From positions 1-13,778 of the forward strand of contig JBHIAT010000094.1 in assembly GCA_046758705.1 (NCBI GenBank): 13,778 nucleotides of DNA, given 5' to 3'. The stretch comes from Candidatus Bipolaricaulia bacterium (GTDB lineage Bacteria > Bipolaricaulota > Bipolaricaulia > JBHIAT01). The notes beneath the pieces are model-generated. The model made no database searches and was not told the origin of the DNA. It saw only the letters and a program-made list of their open reading frames with translations. Below, piece after piece: positions 7,358 through 13,778 of this stretch (the first letter of the stretch is position 1; each line of letters begins with the position of its first letter). Made by a program: the position numbers and the translations under genes.

Positions 7358-9127
7358 CTAATTTCTGAAACGCACTTCCACAACTCCCGCAGCAATCTCA
7401 TCCTCCAAAGCCGAGATCTCGGATCTAATTCGAGAGACTGTCTCCTCAAGTGGCACGATGGTTTTCTCTTTTTGGGTGCGAAGCTTGAACTCGACGCCTC
7501 CCTGGCCGAGTGACCGATCGCTGACGGTCAGGCGCAACGGCAGGCCGATCAGATCAGCGTCCATGAATTTTACCCCGGCCTTCTCGTTGCGATCGTCGTA
7601 CAAGACTTCAATGCCCTCCGCTTGTAGATTTTCATACAGGCGATTTGCAACATCGTGTGCCTCATCTCGTTCGCTGATTAAGGCCACCAGGTGAACGTGG
7701 TAGGGGGCGACCGTCACCGGCCAGAGCAGCCCATATTCATCGTGATGCTCCTCCGCAATGCAGGCCAGCAAGCGACCCGTTCCAATGCCGTAGGATCCCA
7801 TGATGATCGGTTTCTCTTGACCATCCCTATCGAGAAACGTACACCCCATGGCGTCACTATACCGGGTGCCCAGTTTGAAGATATTTCCGACCTCGACTCC
7901 ACGGGATGCGCGCATCGGGCTATTGCAATGGGGACAACCATCTCCATCGTCCGCCGCCGCGATATCGCACACGATATCCGCCTGGAAATCTCGTCCACAG
8001 TTGACATTTTGTAAGTGATACCCTTCCTCATTGGCACCGGCGACCAGATTGGGCGAGTCCGGAATGATGTCATCTACAACCATAATAACGTCCCTTAACC
8101 CGATGGGAGACCCGTATCCAGGCTCTGCACCAACGGCGCGGATCTCATCATCGTGCGCCGGTCGCAGCGCCTTGGCTCTCACCGCGTTGGCCAGCTTTGT
8201 CTCATCGACATCCATGTCGCCGCGAACCAGTGCCAGGACGAGTTTTTCAATGTCTTCGTCCCCCTCAGCGATCGTGGCGGTCATGAACACGGCTTTGGCC
8301 GTTTTGGATTTGGGAATTTCCAGAAAATCGGCCAGCACTTCAATGGTGGTGGTATCAGGCGTTTCGACCTTCTGGATTGGCTTCGGTTCCTCTTCCGGCG
8401 TTGAAGGTTTGCTGAATTGAGCGATTTGGCGGTTCGCCGAGTACCCACAACTGTTACAGATGAGCAGTGTATCTTCTCCAGACGGGGACAGGTACATAAA
8501 CTCGTGGGCCATCCGGCCGCCCATCATGCCCACGTCAGACTTGATCGCCATGACCGGCAGGGCGCAGCGATGAAATATGTTGAAGTAGGCCTGATAATGG
8601 GCGCGATATTGCGCATCGAGACCTTCCCAATCGGCATCCAGGCTGTAGCTATCCTTCATGGTGAACTCACGCACGCGGATCAGGCCGGCCCGAGGGCGGG
8701 GGTCGTCTCTCCATTTGGTTTGGATGTGATAGATCAGCATCGGTAGTTTTCGATAGGAACGGACTTCCTTGCGGACGAGGTCGGCCACAACCTCTTCGTG
8801 GGTCATGGCCAGCACCATGTCGCGCCCGGTTCTGTCTTGAAATCGTCCCATCTCTGAGCCGATCTCATACCAGCGCCGGGTCTCTTTCCAGATATCGGCC
8901 GGATGAACCATGGGCATGGTGACCTCCTGACCCCCGATAGCGTTCATCTCTTCTCGTATAATGTTCTCGATCTTGGTCAGAGATCTCCTGGCCAGGGGCA
9001 GATAACTGAAGATCCCAGTCGCTAATTGATGGATGAAGCCAGCACGTACGAGCAGTTGATGGCTTACAACTTCAGCGTCAGACGGCGCCTCACGGAGGGT
9101 CTGGCTGAAGAGTTTGCTCATGCGCAT
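7358..9127 (-). CDS. proS: Prolyl-tRNA synthetase, bacterial long form with INS editing domain
   Basis: Motifs SHQLLVRAGFI, THEE, KWRDDPRPRAGLIRVREFTMKDSYS, EVGNIFKLG and MGSYGIG, plus anticodon-binding domain DDRNEKAGVKF.DADLIG. Confidence 0.98.
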   Translation of the reverse strand: MRMSKLFSQTLREAPSDAEVVSHQLLVRAGFIHQLATGIFSYLPLARRSLTKIENIIREEMNAIGGQEVTMPMVHPADIWKETRRWYEIGSEMGRFQDRTGRDMVLAMTHEEVVADLVRKEVRSYRKLPMLIYHIQTKWRDDPRPRAGLIRVREFTMKDSYSLDADWEGLDAQYRAHYQAYFNIFHRCALPVMAIKSDVGMMGGRMAHEFMYLSPSGEDTLLICNSCGYSANRQIAQFSKPSTPEEEPKPIQKVETPDTTTIEVLADFLEIPKSKTAKAVFMTATIAEGDEDIEKLVLALVRGDMDVDETKLANAVRAKALRPAHDDEIRAVGAEPGYGSPIGLRDVIMVVDDIIPDSPNLVAGANEEGYHLQNVNCGRDFQADIVCDIAAADDGDGCPHCNSPMRASRGVEVGNIFKLGTRYSDAMGCTFLDRDGQEKPIIMGSYGIGTGRLLACIAEEHHDEYGLLWPVTVAPYHVHLVALISERDEAHDVANRLYENLQAEGIEVLYDDRNEKAGVKFMDADLIGLPLRLTVSDRSLGQGGVEFKLRTQKEKTIVPLEETVSRIRSEISALEDEIAAGVVEVRFRN

Positions 9128-9170
9128 GATGAGAAATTCCTCCCATCAGGAGAGGATGGAGCGTCCTCAC

Positions 9171-10355
9171 TTATAGCTGCTTGAGGTGATCCCGGATGGC
9201 GAGGGCGGCCGTTGCTCCTTCCCCCGCCGCAGAGGCCGCTTGCTTGGTGCTCCCGGCCCGCACGTCGCCGGCGGCAAACACACCTGGGATGTTCGTCTCC
9301 ATATTCTCTCCGGTAACGATGAACCCCCAGCGATCGGTCTCCACCTGGTCTTTCACAAAGTCGCTGTTGGGCGTGAGGCCAATGAAGACAAACACACCGT
9401 CAGGATGCCACTCTTTGACTTCGCCGCTGGCCCGATCCTGGACCTTAACCGCCTGGATCTTGCCGTCTTTCCCTATGAACTCCTGCACAGCGTGGTTGGT
9501 GATGACCTCCATGTCATCACGACTGGCAACCTTCTCCTGGAGGATCTGGCTGGCGTTGACCTCGGACAGGAACTCCACGATCGTCACCTTGGTGGCGAAT
9601 CGGGTGAGGAACAACCCTTCCTCGAAGCCGCTGTTCCCGCCCCCGACCACCAACACCTGTTTGCCCCGGTAGAAGGGGCCGTCACAGGTGGCGCAGTAGT
9701 GGATGGTCATCCCGATCAACTCAGCCTCGCCCGGCACATTCAGTTTGCGATAATGGGATCCGGTGGCGATGAGCAGAGCGTTAGAGCCATACTCCTGCCC
9801 ACCGGCTGTCGTCACACAGTATTGGCCCTCCTTGTGGATACCCACGACCTCCTGTGCTTGTAGGATCTCCGTGCCGAAGCGTTTCGCTTGTTCGACCAAC
9901 CGGTAGGCCAACTCCGCCCCACTGATTCCCTGTTCAAAGCCGGGGAAGTTGTCCAGTTTCTGGGTGACCCCAACTTGGCCGCCCAGACCGCCTTTTTCGA
10001 TGACCAAGGTCTCGATCCCTTCCCGGGTGGTATAGGTGGCAGCGGTCAGGCCCGTCGGTCCACCACCCACGATGATCAGATCGTAGAAGTCCCGTTCGGC
10101 CTCTGTCTTGAGATTCAACTTGGCGGCAAGCTCCGCGTTGGAGGGTTCCACCAGGATGTCGCCGTCGGGAAACAGGATGGTGGGAACGGTGTGTCTGCCG
10201 TTGTTCACCTGCGCGACATAGGCCATCGCCTCGGGGTCCTGCTCGATATCGATCCAGTCATACGGGATGCGATGCTCCCCCAGAAACTGCTTGGCCTGCT
10301 TGCAGTCAGGACACCATGTCGTACCGTAGATTATGATGTTGTCGGTTTCACCCAT
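9171..10355 (-). CDS. Fusion of a glutaredoxin/mycoredoxin-like domain (WCPDC) and a TrxB/AhpF-type flavin disulfide reductase (CATC)
   Basis: The first ~80 aa read YGTTWCPDC...NNGRHTVPTILFPDG..VEPSN. They are followed by GGGPTGLTAA, HYCATCDG, GGGNSG and GVFAAGDVR. Confidence 0.92.
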   Translation of the reverse strand: MGETDNIIIYGTTWCPDCKQAKQFLGEHRIPYDWIDIEQDPEAMAYVAQVNNGRHTVPTILFPDGDILVEPSNAELAAKLNLKTEAERDFYDLIIVGGGPTGLTAATYTTREGIETLVIEKGGLGGQVGVTQKLDNFPGFEQGISGAELAYRLVEQAKRFGTEILQAQEVVGIHKEGQYCVTTAGGQEYGSNALLIATGSHYRKLNVPGEAELIGMTIHYCATCDGPFYRGKQVLVVGGGNSGFEEGLFLTRFATKVTIVEFLSEVNASQILQEKVASRDDMEVITNHAVQEFIGKDGKIQAVKVQDRASGEVKEWHPDGVFVFIGLTPNSDFVKDQVETDRWGFIVTGENMETNIPGVFAAGDVRAGSTKQAASAAGEGATAALAIRDHLKQL

Positions 10356-10493
10356 AGAAATTTCGGTCGAAGGGATCCCCGCTGTTAACCGGATGAGGAA
10401 TCGACCTCTCTACACCTCCTAAATAAACAATAACTTTCACTTTGCTTCTTCTAAATTCTAACCGGTTATTGACCGGGAGACCACCGATCTAAT

Positions 10494-10523
10494 TTGCCAA
10501 CATCATATACGCCTCGGTAAACT
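10494..10523 (+). promoter_or_regulatory. Possible sigma70 promoter for the plus-strand operon
   Basis: TTGCCA (10494-10499), 18-nt spacer, TAAACT (10518-10523), in the divergent intergenic region. Confidence 0.45.
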
Positions 10524-10548
10524 ATTTGCAAAGGGGTGAAGATCCGAG

Positions 10549-11232
10549 ATGGCCAAGGTTACGTTCATCGGCCATTCAGCCGTCGAAGTCCAGGGGAGCA
10601 CACACAGCGTCCTGATCGATCCGTTCATCTCGGAGAATCCGGTCGCTCAAGTGGCACCGGAGGACGTTCATCCGAGCGCGATCCTGCTCACCCACGGCCA
10701 CTTCGACCACCTGGGTGACGCGATCTCGATCTCTCAGGCAAACGAGATCCCGATCGTCGCCCCGTTTGAGTTGGCCATCTTCTGCGGCGAACAGGGGGCC
10801 CACGAGGCGGTCGACATGAACCCAGGCGGCCGACGCAAATTCGATTTCGGGGAGGTCCACTTCACCAAGGCGTTCCACAGCTCGAGTTTTGAGGGCCGTT
10901 ACCTGGGCCATGCCTGCGGAATCGTCTTCACCACGGACGATGGCAAGGTCATCTATCATTCTGGCGACACCGAGCTGTTCGGCGATATGGAGCTGATCGC
11001 CAGGTTCAACGCCATCGATTTGGCCCTGCTTCCGATCGGGGGAAATTGGAACATGACCCCCATGGAGGCGATGGAGGCGGTCAGGCTGCTGAAGCCGAAG
11101 GCGGTCGTTCCAATCCACTACGACACCTTTCCGGTCATCGAGCAAGACGCCGAAGCGTTCAAGGCAGCGGTGGAGGCGGAGACCGAAGTGAAGGTGGTCA
11201 TCCTGAAGCCGGGCGAGAGCTACGAACTCTGA
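10549..11232 (+). CDS. Metal-dependent hydrolase, metallo-beta-lactamase fold (UPF0173-like)
   Basis: Motifs FIGHS, LIDPF, LTHGHFDHLGD, AFHSSS, YHSGDT, LPIGG and VPIHYDTFP. Confidence 0.92.
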   Translation: MAKVTFIGHSAVEVQGSTHSVLIDPFISENPVAQVAPEDVHPSAILLTHGHFDHLGDAISISQANEIPIVAPFELAIFCGEQGAHEAVDMNPGGRRKFDFGEVHFTKAFHSSSFEGRYLGHACGIVFTTDDGKVIYHSGDTELFGDMELIARFNAIDLALLPIGGNWNMTPMEAMEAVRLLKPKAVVPIHYDTFPVIEQDAEAFKAAVEAETEVKVVILKPGESYEL

Positions 11233-11261
11233 CTCTGATCCAAGAGGGATAGGAAGCTATC

Positions 11262-11609
11262 ATGCGGATCGACTCCTACAGATTCGGCTCGATCGTGATC
11301 GACGGGAAGCCATACAGATCGGATGTGATGATCTACGGTGACCAGGTCAAGTCCGACTGGTGGCGGAAGGAGGGGCATCGGCTGCACCTGGAGGATCTCG
11401 ATTGGGTGCTGAGCCGGGGGCCTAAGGTCCTGGTGATAGGGACTGGTGCCAATGGGAGAATGGTCGTCCCAGAGTCGGTCAAAGCCGAGCTTGAATCCCG
11501 AGGGATCGAGATGATCGTCGAACCGACGGGCGAGGCATATAAGACCTATAATAGACTCCGAGGTTCCAACGACACGAACGTGGCCGCCGCCCTGCATCTG
11601 ACCTGTTGA
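11262..11609 (+). CDS. Mth938-like domain protein
   Basis: Motifs IDSYRFGSIVIDGK.Y..DV, WWRKEGH, VLVIGTG..G.M, T.EA...YN and C-terminal AALHLTC. Confidence 0.9.
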   Translation: MRIDSYRFGSIVIDGKPYRSDVMIYGDQVKSDWWRKEGHRLHLEDLDWVLSRGPKVLVIGTGANGRMVVPESVKAELESRGIEMIVEPTGEAYKTYNRLRGSNDTNVAAALHLTC

Positions 11610-11631
11610 TGACGATCCGAATCGGTGGGGC

Positions 11632-12759
11632 ATGTATCCCGCGATAGACGTCGAGGTTCAAAAGAGAGCCAAGCTCTATCAGAGGCGCAAAAGGCTCACC
11701 GGATGGTTAGGCAGTGGGCTTGTGTTCTTATGGTTGCTGACTTTTTACGGGTCGGGTCTCTCAGACCTTTTGGCACAGACCCTTGCTGACCGACTCGGAT
11801 GGTTGGGGAGCGGCTTGAGCGCGTTCGCGGTCCTGTTCCTCTCGGTGTCAGTGTTACGAGCCCCGTTTGACTACAAGAATGACTTCCTGATCGAGAAGGA
11901 GTATGGCTTCTCCACCCAGAGCCGGCAGGATTGGTTCAAGGATCTGCTCAAAGGCTGGCTGATCAGCCTCGTGATTTTGAGCGTGGCCATCACCTTCGGC
12001 CTGTGGGCTTTAGAGAGGTTCCCGGTCTACTGGTGGTTGGTTGTTGGTTTGGGATATTTTCTACTGGTTATCGTGCTTGCAAATCTGTTCCCAGTGCTCG
12101 TTCTGCCGCTCTTCTACAAGCTCAAACCCTTAGATGCTCCAGCGCTTCAGGATAAGATCGAAAAGTTGCTCCAGCGGGCGCGTCTGAGGGCAGGGGGCAT
12201 CTACGAGATGGTGGCTTCAGCCAAGACGACCAAGGAGAATGCGATGCTGGCGGGGTTGGGGAAGACCAAGCGGATTATCCTATGGGATACGCTGTTGCAT
12301 AACCGCACGGTTGAAGAGGTAGAAGCGGTCGTCGCCCACGAGGTCGGTCACAGCTATCATCTGCATCTCTGGAAGTTACTCTTCTTCCAAGGGGTCATGA
12401 TCATGGTCGAGCTGATCTTGCTCGATCGGATGCTGTTGCAGATCGCTCCTCGCTTTGCGCCGGAGCAGCGCACCTTCAGCGACACGCTCGCCCTGTTGCC
12501 TGTCATGATGGTCCTGTTCGCGGTTCTCTCGTTTCTGCTGAACCCGATCATCCAAGCGATCAGCCGGCGGTTCGAGCGTCAAGCGGACGGATTTGCGTTT
12601 GAAGCGACGGACAGGCCGGGTACCCTCATGCGCTTCTTCACCGACATAGCAAACCGGCAGCTGGAGGACGCCTATCCTCATCCGCTGGTCAAGTTCTTCT
12701 ATTACAACCACCCTCCCCTTGGGGAACGGATTGCTTTCGCCGAACGATGGCGGCGTTAG
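11632..12759 (+). CDS. M48-family (Ste24/CAAX-protease-like) membrane zinc metallopeptidase
   Basis: Multiple transmembrane segments. Motifs NA.LAGLGKTKRIILWDTLL, AVVAHEVGH (HExxH), SRRFERQAD and HPPLGERI. Confidence 0.93.
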   Translation: MYPAIDVEVQKRAKLYQRRKRLTGWLGSGLVFLWLLTFYGSGLSDLLAQTLADRLGWLGSGLSAFAVLFLSVSVLRAPFDYKNDFLIEKEYGFSTQSRQDWFKDLLKGWLISLVILSVAITFGLWALERFPVYWWLVVGLGYFLLVIVLANLFPVLVLPLFYKLKPLDAPALQDKIEKLLQRARLRAGGIYEMVASAKTTKENAMLAGLGKTKRIILWDTLLHNRTVEEVEAVVAHEVGHSYHLHLWKLLFFQGVMIMVELILLDRMLLQIAPRFAPEQRTFSDTLALLPVMMVLFAVLSFLLNPIIQAISRRFERQADGFAFEATDRPGTLMRFFTDIANRQLEDAYPHPLVKFFYYNHPPLGERIAFAERWRR

Positions 12760-12793
12760 TGAATTTACTGTTCCTGATCCGGTTCAGAATTGC

Positions 12794-12822
12794 TTGCTTT
12801 TCTGAGGTTGAAACAGTACAAT
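12794..12822 (+). promoter_or_regulatory. Sigma70-like promoter for the methyltransferase gene
   Basis: TTGCTT (12794-12799), 17-nt spacer, TACAAT (12817-12822). A second TACAAT lies at 12828-12833. Confidence 0.6.
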
Positions 12823-12833
12823 AACAGTACAAT
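12812..12833. repeat. Perfect 11-bp tandem duplication AACAGTACAAT x2
   Basis: Copies at 12812-12822 and 12823-12833. Confidence 0.85.
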
Positions 12834-12839
12834 AGAAAA

Positions 12840-13661
12840 ATGATATCTGTTGATGACTTCTCGTTCAGAAAGTTTGCCCGGCACTCCTTCTATAAAGGTG
12901 TTAATGCCCAATTGATCGACCTTTCGGGGATCAAGCCTGGCCAGCACGTGATCGACCTCGCCTGTGGCACCGGCGCGGTGACGAAGCTGATCCTCGAGAA
13001 GTTGCGTGGCGCTAAAGACAGCCTAGTCATCGGCGTTGACTATTCCGCCAGCGCGTTGAAGCAGGCGCGCGAGGAGCTGAAAAACGCGAAACAGACGATG
13101 GTTCAGCTCATCCGGAGCCGGGCTGAGCAGCTGTCCCAGGTGGTTCGGGAGTCGGTCGACACCGTGATCTTCTGCAACGCCATCCACATGGTCCGGAACA
13201 AGGATCGGCTGATGGATGAGGTCTCAAAGACCCTGCGGCAGGCAGGTGTGTTCGCCTTCAACACCTCGTTCTTCGAGGGGGCCCATCTCCCTGAGACGGA
13301 GCGGTTCTACCGTCGCTGGATGCTCAGGGCGCTCCGTAACCTGAAGCGCCGCTACGGCCTGGCCCCCAATAAGGCTGAGAGGGTCGCGGCGCGGCGGCAG
13401 TTGACCCCTGAAGAGTATGTCGAGCTGCTCCACCGCCATGGGTTCTCCGTGAAAGAGCAGCAAATCTACACGGCAGCGATGACCCTGGAGAGTTGGCTGG
13501 ACATCAGCCAGTACGAGGAGTTCATTGCCGGGGTCATGCCTGGAGTCCCGCTGGACAAAGCGAGTGAATGCTTAAAGCAAGGGGTCATTGAGGTGTTCGA
13601 AGAGCTGGAGCTGGAGGCAACACCCCGCAACTGGCTCGACGTCGTCGCCGTGAAAAACTAG
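12840..13661 (+). CDS. Class I SAM-dependent methyltransferase, substrate unknown
   Basis: Motif I VIDLACGTG, VIGVD (acidic end of strand 2), VDTVIFCNAIH and L..AGVFAF. Confidence 0.9.
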   Translation: MISVDDFSFRKFARHSFYKGVNAQLIDLSGIKPGQHVIDLACGTGAVTKLILEKLRGAKDSLVIGVDYSASALKQAREELKNAKQTMVQLIRSRAEQLSQVVRESVDTVIFCNAIHMVRNKDRLMDEVSKTLRQAGVFAFNTSFFEGAHLPETERFYRRWMLRALRNLKRRYGLAPNKAERVAARRQLTPEEYVELLHRHGFSVKEQQIYTAAMTLESWLDISQYEEFIAGVMPGVPLDKASECLKQGVIEVFEELELEATPRNWLDVVAVKN

Positions 13662-13662
13662 C

Positions 13663-13678
13663 ATAAGCATATAAGCAT
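13663..13678. repeat. 8-bp tandem duplication ATAAGCAT x2
   Basis: Copies at 13663-13670 and 13671-13678, directly after the methyltransferase stop codon. Confidence 0.7.
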
Positions 13679-13714
13679 GACATACCTCAACCCCCAAACC
13701 CCCATCATCCCAAT

Positions 13715-13778
13715 CTAGACCTGTCTGAAGGCGAGTGTGGCGTTTTGACCGCCGAAGCCGAAGCCGTTGGACAGCGCC
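13715..13778 (-). CDS. fabF: 3' end of a beta-ketoacyl-ACP synthase (FabF-like), truncated by the window edge
   Basis: Minus-strand translation of 13777..13715 is ALSNGFGFGGQNATLAFRQV*, which matches the ketosynthase C-terminal SNxFGFGGxN motif. Absent from the ORF track. Confidence 0.85.
   Translation of the reverse strand, partial: ALSNGFGFGGQNATLAFRQV

Noticed and set aside
7315-7449. 45-aa N-terminal extension of xylB in the ORF track (similar extensions at 3014-3064 and 4824-4841)
   Set aside because: Strong SD sequences precede the downstream starts, and the xylB and nucleotidase extensions overlap the upstream genes.
1583-13463. Numerous antisense and alternate-frame ORFs inside the main genes
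   Set aside because: Shadow ORFs typical of GC-rich coding DNA, with no motifs or RBS.

Overview
Bacterial, fairly GC-rich window. A long minus-strand gene run reads (in transcription order) glutaredoxin/mycoredoxin-like–thioredoxin-reductase fusion, proS, xylulokinase-like FGGY kinase, ribokinase, a split transketolase with the C-terminal subunit gene first, an exported 5'-nucleotidase and cytidine deaminase. A divergent plus-strand run encodes a UPF0173-type metallo-beta-lactamase-fold hydrolase, an Mth938-like protein, an M48/Ste24 peptidase and a SAM methyltransferase with its own promoter. It converges on the 3' end of a fabF-like gene that the ORF track misses. The left ~1 kb is accessory-looking. 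It holds a small membrane-anchored HEAT-repeat gene and a perfect consensus sigma70 promoter (TTGACA-17-TATAAT, extended -10) that points directly at an ~85-nt highly structured candidate ncRNA (minus strand, ~93..8). That candidate RNA is the most striking unexplained element. No CRISPR array, tRNA, rRNA or transposase was seen.
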